Virus record (IMG/VR): IMGVR_UViG_3300037515_000764
Strand: one strand, 5' to 3'
Origin: an uncultured virus (IMG/VR IMGVR_UViG_3300037515_000764)
Taxonomy: Duplodnaviria; Heunggongvirae; Uroviricota; Caudoviricetes
DNA: 64,000 nucleotides
This document shows positions 1 through 9,068 of this stretch, in pieces. Position numbers and translations under genes: made by a program. How positions within the stretch are numbered: the first letter of the stretch is position 1; the number at the start of each line of letters is the position of its first letter. The notes beneath the pieces are model-generated. The model was not told the origin of the DNA and made no database searches. It worked only from the letters and a program-made list of their open reading frames with translations.

Positions 1-127
1 AGTAGTTAACTAGAGAACGTTCAACTTGAAAGCCCTGTTTATCGCAAATTTCAACACACTCAGTATTTGAATAACCAGAGACTAAAAGTTCAATTAGATA
101 CTCTTTTTCAAAGTCCTCTAATTTCAT
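1..127 (-). CDS. Partial CDS (runs off left edge), possible terminase small subunit
   Basis: Not in ORF track. ATG at 127 with GGAGG upstream, reads MKLEDFEKEYLIELLVSGYSNTECVEICDKQGFQVERSLVNY. The HTH-like pattern recalls DUF2280-type small terminases, and it sits on the same strand as the virion module. Confidence 0.35.
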   Translation of the reverse strand, partial: MKLEDFEKEYLIELLVSGYSNTECVEICDKQGFQVERSLVNY

Positions 128-443
128 CCTGCGCCTCCCTTATTAGGTGCTCGTTTGCGAAATACATATCATCGAAGTCTAAAATAATTTGTTGAGATAT
201 TAGTTGAGGGTCAAAAGAAGTAATAAAAAGTCCATTCACCAATATTAAGTATCCACCATTATAAGGAGTCAATAAATTAATAATTGTTGATAAATCATCG
301 TTCTTCGGTCTAGCTTTTCCAACTGGTTTAAATTTATTCTCTCGAAAGAAAATAGCTTTTTCAGTAGGGCGATGAACGGACTTTGGAGATAAATCATCTA
401 ATAACTTAATCGCTTTTTTTATTTGATTGTCATTAGGCGGCAA
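108..443 (-). CDS. Hypothetical protein
   Basis: 111-aa ORF, TTG start with AGGAGG RBS, downstream of the promoter at 502-530. Confidence 0.75.
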   Translation of the reverse strand: MPPNDNQIKKAIKLLDDLSPKSVHRPTEKAIFFRENKFKPVGKARPKNDDLSTIINLLTPYNGGYLILVNGLFITSFDPQLISQQIILDFDDMYFANEHLIREAQDEIRGL

Positions 444-501
444 ATAAAACCTCCTATTTGAAACGTAAAAAAAGCTCCTTTGAGTTTTAATAATATACTA
501 T

Positions 502-545
502 ATTATATCATATATTTTGCTAATAGTCAACACTGAAACGGATGT
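502..545 (-). promoter_or_regulatory. Sigma70-type promoter with upstream ACAC-N8-ATGT box
   Basis: Minus strand TTGACT-17-TATAAT with extended -10 TG. Box ACACTGAAACGGATGT at 530-545 abuts the -35. Confidence 0.7.
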
Positions 546-549
546 AATA

Positions 550-816
550 TTATTTTGATAGTTTAGGGTTAGTTAAAACTAGTTCGCCAATTATTTCATA
601 ACCTAATATTTCATAACAACCGCGTAGCATTCGTATTTCTGTTAGCATATACCATTTATTATTGATTTTATTATAACCTATTCGAAAGGGACTTTCATGT
701 ACGTCGTCAAAATTTATAAGAATATTTAAGTATTGTTTTTCACCTTGCAAAAATTCCAAAATGTCAATTACACTTAATATCTTTCCCCCTATCTCTATTT
801 TAAAGTTTTCTTCCAT
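550..816 (-). CDS. Hypothetical protein
   Basis: 88-aa ORF with AAGGA RBS. Confidence 0.7.
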   Translation of the reverse strand: MEENFKIEIGGKILSVIDILEFLQGEKQYLNILINFDDVHESPFRIGYNKINNKWYMLTEIRMLRGCYEILGYEIIGELVLTNPKLSK

Positions 817-849
817 TTTTAAAAAATCCTTTTAATTAATTTATTTTAG

Positions 850-1302
850 TTAAAATAGATTTGTAAATTTTACAAAGTTAATAAAAAATACAAGAAAAAT
901 AACTAAAACCGTTAAAGTAAAAAATCTTGAATAAATATATTTCAAAAGAAACCATCTTAGTTCATCTAAGTAACTTCTTTGTAAAATTCTTATTAATTTT
1001 CTTTGTCGTCTTCTATCTCTCCTTAATTTTGAATCGTATTCGCATAAAATATTTACAACGAGCCTAGAATCTTTTCGTTTATTAATTGAAAACCATTCTA
1101 GGCGGTCATCTATTCGGCAATGTTTTATTTCGTTATGTATTCTAGTCTCACAAGTAAAATCTCTATTGCGAGTATTAAATGAATCGACTAGTTCTAAACT
1201 GTGCGGATTACCGGTGCGAAGATTCTTGAATCTCTTTTTAACATCGCCAGCAACACCGATTTTAAGATTGCCGAATCTATCTTTAATCAGATAAACCGCC
1301 AT
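850..1302 (-). CDS. T5orf172/MUG113-like GIY-YIG domain protein with C-terminal hydrophobic helix
   Basis: VYLI...LKIG...VKKRFKNLRTGNP...ETRIH...EWF motifs. Start moved to ATG 1302 (AAGGAG RBS). Confidence 0.75.
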   Translation of the reverse strand: MAVYLIKDRFGNLKIGVAGDVKKRFKNLRTGNPHSLELVDSFNTRNRDFTCETRIHNEIKHCRIDDRLEWFSINKRKDSRLVVNILCEYDSKLRRDRRRQRKLIRILQRSYLDELRWFLLKYIYSRFFTLTVLVIFLVFFINFVKFTNLF

Positions 1303-1312
1303 TCTTTCTCCT

Positions 1313-1651
1313 TTACCAATCGTATTTAAATTTCCTCTCAACAGTATAACTGGAATATTGGAAATCTATTAAACAAGTAGCCTCCATATTAGTTTCTATA
1401 ATACAATCAAAAACTATAGGAGGCATTAATCCTCTAATAAAACCTCTAAACTTCACGGTAATAGTTTTTCCGCGAAAATTGTAGTCGTATGTGCTGTCAT
1501 AAACAGTTACGTAATCTTTTTTATAATGGCTGTTTTCAAGGAATGCAGCGCTGGTTACTTGGCTCGATTTCTTTACAGTGTTTGCAGAGAAAATCAGAAG
1601 GATTAATGGAATCAACAGAAACAACAGAACAAAGTTCCTCATGAACTTCAT
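1313..1651 (-). CDS. Hypothetical membrane-anchored protein
   Basis: N-terminal hydrophobic segment FVLLFLLIPLILLIFS. Start uncertain; overlaps the upstream gene. Confidence 0.55.
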   Translation of the reverse strand: MKFMRNFVLLFLLIPLILLIFSANTVKKSSQVTSAAFLENSHYKKDYVTVYDSTYDYNFRGKTITVKFRGFIRGLMPPIVFDCIIETNMEATCLIDFQYSSYTVERKFKYDW

Positions 1652-1949
1652 ATTCCAAAAAGTAGAGAATGCACAAGTAATTAATTGCATCAACGATTGT
1701 ATCCCTTTTGCTTTCATCCATTACCTGTTGTTCAGAATCAAACATCAAAGTTTTAATTCTAGAAATTTTGTCGAGTATTCTTATAATAACACCGAGTCTA
1801 GCGTCAACGCCTAGAGCTTCGATACTTTTAATATTGCGAAGAGGGTCTTCATTAGACGAATAATCATTTCTTTTTCTCTTCATAATATCCGCTGCATCAG
1901 AGAACATTTCTTGTTGCAGTTTATCACACTGTTGGGTTGTTAACGACAA
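1536..1949 (-). CDS. Nucleotide-modification-associated (DUF1599/Nmad1-like) all-alpha NTP pyrophosphatase-like protein
   Basis: KRNDYS..DPLRN...RILDKISR...DESKRDTIVDAINY pattern. Confidence 0.7.
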   Translation of the reverse strand: MSLTTQQCDKLQQEMFSDAADIMKRKRNDYSSNEDPLRNIKSIEALGVDARLGVIIRILDKISRIKTLMFDSEQQVMDESKRDTIVDAINYLCILYFLEYEVHEELCSVVSVDSINPSDFLCKHCKEIEPSNQRCIP

Positions 1950-2127
1950 TGCTATTTCCTCCGAATTCTATATGCGGTTTCGTATTTGTTTGTCTGACTA
2001 GGAAAATAGGTGTTATTATGTAATTATCATTTAAGATTCCTGAGAATTCTATTATTGTTTCTCTATCTTCAAAAACAAACTTTTGTCCATCTTCAAAAGT
2101 CGCTAAATACTTTTTTTCGTATATCAT
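1924..2127 (-). CDS. Hypothetical protein
   Basis: 67-aa ORF in a tightly packed operon. Confidence 0.6.
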   Translation of the reverse strand: MIYEKKYLATFEDGQKFVFEDRETIIEFSGILNDNYIITPIFLVRQTNTKPHIEFGGNSIVVNNPTV

Positions 2128-2163
2128 TTAAAAGCACTTTCTAATTAATATATTTCGCAGTCG

Positions 2164-2340
2164 CTATTCTTCGATTGGAAGTGTCGTATCAATCGCCACA
2201 ATATCTATACACCCTTCGCCTGATAGTCTAATAAATTCGCTCATACATTCTGGTCGAGTATCGTATCCCCAATCTACATCGACTACTTCTCCTTCTGAAT
2301 TAGTATAACGAATGATTTTGTATCTTTTACTTGTACTCAT
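2164..2340 (-). CDS. Hypothetical protein (58 aa, not in track)
   Basis: MSTSKRYKIIRYTNSEGEVVDVDWGYD... fills the gap; GAAGGA RBS. Confidence 0.6.
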   Translation of the reverse strand: MSTSKRYKIIRYTNSEGEVVDVDWGYDTRPECMSEFIRLSGEGCIDIVAIDTTLPIEE

Positions 2341-2602
2341 AAAAATTTTCCTTCTTTAGTTCTTTCGCTAGTGCATTATTCGCTTTAATAAGTAAATCCA
2401 TTTCTTTTAACATAGAACGACTTTGCGATTTTAACTCTTTCAACTCTCTTTGATATTCTATTACTATTTCCATTAAATCATTATTCTGTTTTTCTAGAAC
2501 TTCACATCTTCTCTGATAATATAATAGTTCATTTATAAAGAAATCGCCGTTTTCTATCTTCTTTAATCTCAATCTAAATAGGAACTTATTTATTATATTC
2601 AT
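2327..2602 (-). CDS. Hypothetical coiled-coil protein
   Basis: 91 aa, heptad E/K/L pattern. Confidence 0.65.
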   Translation of the reverse strand: MNIINKFLFRLRLKKIENGDFFINELLYYQRRCEVLEKQNNDLMEIVIEYQRELKELKSQSRSMLKEMDLLIKANNALAKELKKENFYEYK

Positions 2603-3230
2603 CTGAAATACTCTTTGCTATATTGAATAAATCATCCCATTGTTCTTCTGTTAACGATATTTCAACATCTTCTGTCTCTTCAGCAATACATTTTAGTATT
2701 ACTATTGGTGGCGCTACGCCGGCTTGAAATTCAATTGCAGCTTTAATGGATATTGTTAGAAAATCTTCAGTAAAAACATAAGGGGAATTTTCAAGAGTAT
2801 ATAAAGCGCCCAATGCCAAATCTTTACCGGAACCTATTGAAGCGTAATTCCTATCATGAACCACAACAGAAAAATCGCTTTGCACTTCATATATTTCGTT
2901 TCTATAAACAATAAAAAAATTGCCACCTAGTTCTTCATTGTTATTTATAGTAGAAAAACCGTATTCTTTAAAAAAATCTCTTATTGATTCTATGACGAAA
3001 GAGATAATATATTCTAAGTCATTTTTTGCGCAAGACCTATTAGGTGGCGTATATAGGAATTCTAATATTTGCCCCATTCTAAGAGAACCACATATGCCAA
3101 AAAATAGTTCGCCGTTTTGAAAAATCTTAGGCATTTTTGCCCTTGTTTGCTCGCCCCAAGGGTTTGTAACTGCACTATCCGAAGCCAAATAAACTGTATC
3201 ATCATTCTTATAAGCTAATACGCAAGTCAT
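2586..3230 (-). CDS. HslV/proteasome-beta-like Ntn-hydrolase (Thr peptidase)
   Basis: N-terminal M-T-C-V-L-A, ASDS, PKIF, GICGS and SIGSG..ALGAL motifs. Confidence 0.8.
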   Translation of the reverse strand: MTCVLAYKNDDTVYLASDSAVTNPWGEQTRAKMPKIFQNGELFFGICGSLRMGQILEFLYTPPNRSCAKNDLEYIISFVIESIRDFFKEYGFSTINNNEELGGNFFIVYRNEIYEVQSDFSVVVHDRNYASIGSGKDLALGALYTLENSPYVFTEDFLTISIKAAIEFQAGVAPPIVILKCIAEETEDVEISLTEEQWDDLFNIAKSISDEYNK

Positions 3231-3399
3231 TCGATTTCCTTATAAAAGAATCTTTCAATGTGTCTTAAACAAATAAAATCTTGGTTTATTTGTAACAGTG
3301 AATTGTTAACGGATAAGTTTAAAATTAAATTTTGCAAATCTTCGTTAGAGCAAATAACAGAATATTCTTGTCCACTGTTAAAAAAGAAAGTTATTATAA

Positions 3400-3588
3400 T
3401 CACGGTTTAGGAAGTAACTCTTCATATTTTTCAGATATTAGTTGCTGTTGCATTTGAGAGCAATTCGGCTGCCACAGTGTTACTAAATCACCTAACATCT
3501 GCATTTTTAGACAGTTCAAATCATACACTTGAACGTTTAAATCGTTTAGCTCTTCGCGCAAAATTCGTCTAGCTATTCTTTTAAGCAT
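3400..3588 (-). CDS. Hypothetical protein
   Basis: 62-aa ORF coupled to the upstream gene. Confidence 0.6.
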   Translation of the reverse strand: MLKRIARRILREELNDLNVQVYDLNCLKMQMLGDLVTLWQPNCSQMQQQLISEKYEELLPKP

Positions 3589-3808
3589 ATTCTAACCTTT
3601 CGGGTAATAATGTAAGTAGTTCGTCGCGCAAATCAGAGATTTCTAATAGTAACTGTCGTTGTGTTTCTAACAACCTTTCCTTTTTAGATTCATTACTTCG
3701 AATATCTCTTTCGACCTCTTCTAAAGTTGTATTCGCAAGAGCTAACTTTTCGCATATTTCCGTTACTCTTTCTGAGTTCTTTGGTTCTTTGAAATATTGA
3801 GCTTCCAA
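3581..3808 (-). CDS. Hypothetical coiled-coil protein
   Basis: 75 aa, first gene after the promoter at 3840-3868. Confidence 0.65.
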   Translation of the reverse strand: MEAQYFKEPKNSERVTEICEKLALANTTLEEVERDIRSNESKKERLLETQRQLLLEISDLRDELLTLLPERLEYA

Positions 3809-3839
3809 AATCTCTAATCTTCCACTAATCTTTTATTCT

Positions 3840-3883
3840 ATTATCTCATATAAAAAACCAATTGTAAACACCACTTTTAGGGC
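3840..3883 (-). promoter_or_regulatory. Leftward promoter with degenerate ACAC-N8 box
   Basis: Minus strand TTTACA-17-GATAAT with TG. ACACCACTTTTAGGGC at 3868-3883. Confidence 0.55.
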
Positions 3884-3924
3884 GACTTTTCAAAAATGCT
3901 AAAAATGTATTTGTACAATCGTAT

Positions 3925-4620
3925 ATATTAGTCAACCCTATTACCCAAATATTAGCGAGATTTGATACCAACCTATTAGCAATCGGTATACCGGCCCTAT
4001 TAGTGAAGTCTATTAGCTATACTCTTAGCTGTGCTTATTACATTCATTATTAATGTTAATTGTTAGTGAAGCATATTATCCGCGCAGTATTAATATTAAC
4101 AGTTACGTTGTACCAACATGATAGCGCTATTAACATTAATAATTACCCTGCGCTATTAATGAAGCCTATTAAACGCACTATTAATGTGTCATATTGGTTG
4201 TCCTATTGATACCGGCTAATACGTGAACTCTTAATATTGCCTAATAACTGCGCTATTACCGGTGCTTATTAGTTGTCTAGGCGCAGGAGTGCTAACAGTG
4301 GCGCTAATGATGGAGCCAACCGAGGCGCTAATCGTTGCTAATAGTGGTGTGTTGTTATGGTGGCTAATGGTGGAGCTAGTCGTTGCTAATAGTGGTGTGT
4401 TAGTGTGGGGGTGATAGTTGTATGCGCAACTAATATTAATAGATTTTTTCTTAGACTATCATTCTGTTTTAGTTTTTAATGTTGCTTTAATGTAGCGCTA
4501 ATCTTGCTCTAATGTAGCTAAGCTATACTAAGTGTAGATGAAGGTAACTTAACTTGAGGATGACAACATGGCGCTATTAGCTCTATTCTGTGTAAGTGGT
4601 CAATTAATGGGATTAATAAT
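3925..4620. repeat. Degenerate ~12-13-bp-period repeat array with polarity inversion
   Basis: CTATTAG/CTATTAA-like cores on the left, GCTAAT(AG) cores on the right. TCGTTGCTAATAGTGGTGTGTT repeated at 4332 and 4380. No ORF >=60 aa. Confidence 0.75.
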
Positions 4621-4650
4621 GGGGTTGTATTTGTCCCAAATGTTTAGCAA

Positions 4651-4916
4651 ATAACACCCTAATTATTAGGGGTTGGCAATTCGGATAACAAGTGATATAA
4701 TTGCATTATAACGATAAAGGATAAAGGTTAAATCAAATGACAATTTATCAACTAGCAATCGGACTAACACAAACTTTCGCATCAATCGCTTTCGTTTCTC
4801 TATTAGTTCGTTTCTACATGGCAATTTATAACATCGAATAACACCCCAATAATTAGGGGTTGAAAAGACAAGCAACAAGTGCTATAATTGTTTTATAACG
4901 ATAAAGGATAAAGGTT
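4651..4916 (+). promoter_or_regulatory. Two tandem duplicated promoter/RBS cassettes (187-bp period)
   Basis: TTGGCA-17-TATAAT (4673-4701) and TTGAAA-17-TATAAT (4860-4888), both with extended -10, each followed by identical TTATAACGATAAAGGATAAAGGTT. Confidence 0.8.
4737..4841 (+). CDS. 34-aa hydrophobic micropeptide
   Basis: MTIYQLAIGLTQTFASIAFVSLLVRFYMAIYNIE, with its own promoter and RBS. Confidence 0.6.
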   Translation: MTIYQLAIGLTQTFASIAFVSLLVRFYMAIYNIE

Positions 4917-4922
4917 GTCCCA

Positions 4923-5021
4923 ATGACTAACAAATTGTACGCTCTATCAATCGCTTTTCTAATCGGTATTCTAGCCGGTGAAATAAGTCTACTATTATTC
5001 GGTGTTTGGTTAGTAGTCTAA
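4923..5021 (+). CDS. 32-aa hydrophobic micropeptide
   Basis: MTNKLYALSIAFLIGILAGEISLLLFGVWLVV, with its own promoter and RBS. Confidence 0.6.
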   Translation: MTNKLYALSIAFLIGILAGEISLLLFGVWLVV

Positions 5022-5100
5022 TTTTATTCAATACTTAAATTTATTTACGGCTATTTTTTAGCAAACAAACAAAATACAAATACAAAAGGATTAAAACACA

Positions 5101-5481
5101 ATGTCAACAGTAGCAATCAAAAGCACTCTTTTAAATGAAAGTTTTGATATTGTTCTCGAAACAAACGAAACTTTGCCACCCCGTACCTTGCAAAACCTTA
5201 ATCCTACGCCGGTTATCGAAACCACGTTAACGCTTAAGTTTGACGGCTTCCAATTAACTTCTGATAAGAACGATGCAGAAGCACGACAAGCGGAAAAGGA
5301 ACAATTGGTAGATGCTTTGTTCAACGAAGCGGTTAAGATGTTTGAGCAAGCAACCGACCAACAAATTGAAACCGTAGTAGGTTCAATTTATCGCAATTCT
5401 AGCCCGCGCTATGTTGCAACCGTTAACGCTGATTACAGCGGTTTAATTCAAATGGTCAACAATGAAGCTAAAGTTTCTTAG
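5101..5481 (+). CDS. Hypothetical early protein
   Basis: 126 aa, AAAGGA RBS after an A-rich leader, followed by a terminator. Confidence 0.8.
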   Translation: MSTVAIKSTLLNESFDIVLETNETLPPRTLQNLNPTPVIETTLTLKFDGFQLTSDKNDAEARQAEKEQLVDALFNEAVKMFEQATDQQIETVVGSIYRNSSPRYVATVNADYSGLIQMVNNEAKVS

Positions 5482-5488
5482 TTAAATT

Positions 5489-5518
5489 GGGGAGTGCAAT
5501 GCTCCCCTAAACTTTTTT
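5489..5518 (+). terminator. Intrinsic terminator
   Basis: GGGGAG..CTCCCC stem followed by a slightly offset T-tract. Confidence 0.6.
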
Positions 5519-5627
5519 CTGTTTGTCCGGTGGTTTAAAATCCCAATGGGAAAATACTTAACAAATTAATATTATTAGACCACCGGATTATTTTTGAAAC
5601 TTTTAAAAGATATTGGAAAAGAAAAAA

Positions 5628-5903
5628 ATGAAAAACAAAATTGAACACAACGGATTAGAATTGGCCGAATTTTGGAAAGAACTATGCGAGAACGAAAAAA
5701 ATAATTTCATCCAAGTTGAAAGCTTTTCTAGTCGTAATCCGCTCGGCATGAAAAAATGGACTAACATTCAAAAAATAATTTTGCCTAGTGGCGAAACTTT
5801 AATAAGTGAATATCAAGAAACTTTTTTCAATGGCGAAACAACAAGCGAATTTATTTCAATTGAATTTGAAAATGAAATATGGGAAGGGTATATAATCCGA
5901 TGA
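5628..5903 (+). CDS. Hypothetical protein
   Basis: ORF; ATG 5628 preferred. Confidence 0.7.
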   Translation: MKNKIEHNGLELAEFWKELCENEKNNFIQVESFSSRNPLGMKKWTNIQKIILPSGETLISEYQETFFNGETTSEFISIEFENEIWEGYIIR

Positions 5904-6235
5904 ATTTTGAAAAACACGTAAATAAAAGCGATTGTCAATGTGCTAAATGTTCCGGCAAACGTGCAATTGAAAAACGTGAAAAGCGTTTTGAACTAATTAG
6001 CGAATATGGGATAGGTGGTTCTGATATTAACCGTCTTTTGAAAAAGTTTGGCGATTATTACACTGTGGAAACTGCATTAATTAATTCTCGCAAACAACAT
6101 ATGCTAGTTAATATTGAAATTCATAATGCAATCGTTGAAATTTCCAATATTATAGAACGTGGTAACGGATTAAACTACACAATTGTAGATTTATTGCGCA
6201 TTACGGAAAAAATCGAAAACATTAAAGGGTTATAA
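5900..6235 (+). CDS. Hypothetical protein (CxCxxC)
   Basis: ATGA overlap with the upstream gene; CQCAKC motif. Confidence 0.7.
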   Translation: MNFEKHVNKSDCQCAKCSGKRAIEKREKRFELISEYGIGGSDINRLLKKFGDYYTVETALINSRKQHMLVNIEIHNAIVEISNIIERGNGLNYTIVDLLRITEKIENIKGL

Positions 6236-6240
6236 AAAAA

Positions 6241-6330
6241 ATGAAAAACAAAATTGATTTAATTCCGATAATCTTTTTATATCTATTCTGCATTTTCTGG
6301 ATATGGGCGGTCTTAAATGTACTCTTTTAA
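6241..6330 (+). CDS. 29-aa hydrophobic micropeptide
   Basis: MKNKIDLIPIIFLYLFCIFWIWAVLNVLF fills the gap between genes. Confidence 0.55.
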   Translation: MKNKIDLIPIIFLYLFCIFWIWAVLNVLF

Positions 6331-6517
6331 TAAGCAAAAACTTCATGCTGATGGCTACTATTCCGAACTAAAAGAAAATGGAATTTTGCACTATTTTAGT
6401 TTAATGCCTAATAGAAAAAATATGCTTTTAGTAAATCTGTTAAGCGACAAAAAAGTAATCAAAAGTTTTATTAGTCACCCCGATATGCTGGCAATAACGA
6501 TAGAGGAATTATTTTAA
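6317..6517 (+). CDS. Hypothetical protein
   Basis: 66-aa ORF, coupled. Confidence 0.65.
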   Translation: MYSFNKQKLHADGYYSELKENGILHYFSLMPNRKNMLLVNLLSDKKVIKSFISHPDMLAITIEELF

Positions 6518-6858
6518 TGGACGTTCAAAAAGCTCTAAAAGATTTGCATAAAAGTTTAGCTAAAAAGAATAACACAAACATGCTTAAAAACTTTGAAAAA
6601 CCAATGCCAATTAATCGTGTAAAATACGACAGTATGCGAAAAGTTTTTAATGAGGAAACAAAAAACCGTTTTTGTGACTGGGGTTCAGAAAACATCGAAG
6701 ATGAACAAATAATCAGAATATGGAATAATGTATATTCTGAACAAAGTGAATTGTTTTACACAGCTATAGAAATATTAGATTATGAAGATGGATTAGAACA
6801 AAAAATTATCATAGCGGAATTTGAAAATTTTGCTATATTTTCCTCTGAAAGTATCTAA
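6517..6858 (+). CDS. Hypothetical protein
   Basis: 113-aa ORF, AGAGGA RBS. Confidence 0.75.
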   Translation: MDVQKALKDLHKSLAKKNNTNMLKNFEKPMPINRVKYDSMRKVFNEETKNRFCDWGSENIEDEQIIRIWNNVYSEQSELFYTAIEILDYEDGLEQKIIIAEFENFAIFSSESI

Positions 6859-6860
6859 AA

Positions 6861-7259
6861 GTGAATAAGAAAACATTTGCACAAGAAATAGAAGAAAATT
6901 TGCGAAACTTTAAAGCCGAATGCGAAAATCAAAGAGATGCAGTTTTAACTTTAGCAGAACTGTTATGGGACATTTCAAAAACAGATTATTATCGTTTTGA
7001 TGCTTTAAACGAATTTTATCGTTATTCAAATGGCGGTGCTGATAGTGAAACTATTTTGATGTGCAAAGAAGATTATAACGATACCGAAGATACTTTAAAA
7101 GGATATTGTAAAGACGCTTTTTGTCTATCTGTATATTGCAACAGTTTTTTGCCGAAAAGACTTTTAAAACCGGTCTTAGAATATCTAAAAACTTTTGGTA
7201 AGTTAGATGTATCTTTAGATGATATTCGCAAATACAAATTCATTGTTGACAACGATTAA
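6861..7259 (+). CDS. Hypothetical protein
   Basis: 132-aa ORF. Confidence 0.75.
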   Translation: MNKKTFAQEIEENLRNFKAECENQRDAVLTLAELLWDISKTDYYRFDALNEFYRYSNGGADSETILMCKEDYNDTEDTLKGYCKDAFCLSVYCNSFLPKRLLKPVLEYLKTFGKLDVSLDDIRKYKFIVDND

Positions 7260-7274
7260 AAACAGTGTTATAGT
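7246..7274 (+). promoter_or_regulatory. Sigma70-type promoter
   Basis: TTGACA-17-TATAGT with TG. Confidence 0.7.
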
Positions 7275-7305
7275 ATACCTAAACAAATAAAAAGGAATTG
7301 GAAAA

Positions 7306-7860
7306 ATGAACAAAAAAGAATTAAATTCAAAAGTACAACAACAATTTGAAAACAGAGTACATGTTAATAAAATTGTTGAACGTGATGGGAATGTTGAAAA
7401 ATTTACAGCGTTCTTTGATGATAGTGAATTACATGGCATTTTTGGTGCTTGCGTCTTTGAATATGAAAATGGAAATATCTATTTTGAAAACTCAGAAGAA
7501 AAATTAGAAAATGTAATTGCATGGTATTATTCAATGAATAAACACCTAGCACAAATTGACTACTTCGCAAATTTTATCCCCGAAAGTTACTTTGTTTTTG
7601 CCGAAAAACAATTCGAGGAAGCTAAAAAACACGGTTTGCGCTATATGTGGACGGCTAATTCTTTCCCGATTATGGGTTGTCTATTTGTCATCGCAACAAC
7701 CGTTTTTCATAAAGCTTTTAAAGAAACAATAACAGAACTCCCGTTTTTCGACTGGAACAATTTGGCTCTCATGTTAACTTTAGGTTTAACATTCTCCGTA
7801 ATTTTGCCCTATATCGGTTTGCCACTTACACAACTATATCGTAAAGTCAAAGGAAAGTAA
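7306..7860 (+). CDS. Hypothetical membrane protein (2 C-terminal TM helices)
   Basis: 184 aa, two hydrophobic segments near the C-terminus. Confidence 0.75.
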   Translation: MNKKELNSKVQQQFENRVHVNKIVERDGNVEKFTAFFDDSELHGIFGACVFEYENGNIYFENSEEKLENVIAWYYSMNKHLAQIDYFANFIPESYFVFAEKQFEEAKKHGLRYMWTANSFPIMGCLFVIATTVFHKAFKETITELPFFDWNNLALMLTLGLTFSVILPYIGLPLTQLYRKVKGK

Positions 7861-7956
7861 AAAAATGATTAAAATAATTTCAGAGATGCTTCTATGGATG
7901 TCAGGCGCTAAGGTTTGGGGGTTTATTTTAGATGGTCTATTTGGGAGCAAGAAAAA

Positions 7957-8202
7957 ATGAACTACGCAGAAGCGAGATTAATAGCGAAAAACGTTACAGA
8001 AATGAAAAAACTACTAAACGTCGATGATGAACAACTCTTAGAATTAGAGAGCCAATTCTATTTAGAGGAAAGTAAGAAAAAATCTCATTGGCGTTTAGAG
8101 AAAAACAAAAAAAATGTCGATTGGGATATTCTGAGGGATTTTTCAAAAGAGTTTGGCGAAAAAGTTTTAGATTATCCCAGTTTTAAAATTGAGGAAAAGT
8201 AA
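7957..8202 (+). CDS. Hypothetical protein
   Basis: ATG 7957 with GGGAG RBS. Confidence 0.65.
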   Translation: MNYAEARLIAKNVTEMKKLLNVDDEQLLELESQFYLEESKKKSHWRLEKNKKNVDWDILRDFSKEFGEKVLDYPSFKIEEK

Positions 8203-8204
8203 AA

Positions 8205-8558
8205 ATGTGTGATTGTATTTACTGCAAACATATTCGAGAAAAGAAAACATATCAACAGTCTGTCGAAGAAATAAAAGAAATACTAGGGAAAAAGAAAATG
8301 TCATATTGCTTAGATTGCGGAATTGATTTAACATGTGAAGAAAAAATTTGTTCTTTGCAATATGAACAAATTTTATTAGAGGAAATGTTTGATGCTATTA
8401 ATGAAACAAACAAAATTTATATAGATTTGAATGAGCAAACTCTTTGTATAGCAAGAAATGAAAACTTGAAAATCTTAATTCACAATGAAACAAACGATAG
8501 ATATTATCAAACAGATTTAATTGATTTGTTTGATAAGCTTAAGCTGTTCTCGTTATAG
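8205..8558 (+). CDS. Hypothetical Cys-containing protein
   Basis: CDCIYC and CLDC motifs; could be two fused small genes. Confidence 0.65.
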   Translation: MCDCIYCKHIREKKTYQQSVEEIKEILGKKKMSYCLDCGIDLTCEEKICSLQYEQILLEEMFDAINETNKIYIDLNEQTLCIARNENLKILIHNETNDRYYQTDLIDLFDKLKLFSL

Positions 8559-8590
8559 AAAAACAAAAAAGCCCTCAATTAAGAGGGCTA
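8559..8590 (-). terminator. Terminator between convergent genes
   Basis: AGCCCTC..GAGGGCT stem with an A-tract on the left (U-tract on the minus strand). Confidence 0.7.
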
Positions 8591-8594
8591 ACGC

Positions 8595-9035
8595 CTAACC
8601 TTCTATATTATTTTCGCGGGGAGGCGGAAAAGCATTATTTAAATCTGAAAAAGAACAAATATCATTATATTCACAAATACCCTGAATAAAAGTAGTTCCA
8701 ACAGAAGGGCCAATTATTGCTCTAAAATATTCAAAATAAGTATTACTATCCGATAAACCGCCGAAAAGAACCATAACATTAAACTGATAAGATGTTAGGA
8801 CGACAGGAATTGCACTTTCTAAATACCATTCAGAATAACATTCATCCGAAACATCTCTTGAAGTATAATCTCTAACGGCGTAAGTGTATTCTAGTAAATC
8901 GTCGTTAGCTCTCATTAAATCAACAGACTGTCTTAAAATTGCACTAGGAATAACGCAAGGTTCTTCTTGAGCGCTAACGTTGGTGGGAATAGCGAAAGCC
9001 AAGAGAACGAAAACAGCGAAAATTAATCTAAACAT
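8595..9035 (-). CDS. Secreted protein with signal peptide
   Basis: MFRLIFAVFVLLAFAIPTNVSA signal peptide, 4 Cys; own promoter and terminator. Confidence 0.75.
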   Translation of the reverse strand: MFRLIFAVFVLLAFAIPTNVSAQEEPCVIPSAILRQSVDLMRANDDLLEYTYAVRDYTSRDVSDECYSEWYLESAIPVVLTSYQFNVMVLFGGLSDSNTYFEYFRAIIGPSVGTTFIQGICEYNDICSFSDLNNAFPPPRENNIEG

Positions 9036-9068
9036 CAGTAATCCTTGTAATTAATAAACGTTACTCTT

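Noticed and set aside
4666..4878. 70-aa minus-strand ORF
   Set aside because: Overlaps the duplicated plus-strand promoters and micropeptide; no RBS.
3925..4916. CRISPR array
   Set aside because: Repeats are short and degenerate or only two copies, with no constant repeat-spacer structure. The Cas4-like gene is a solo phage nuclease.
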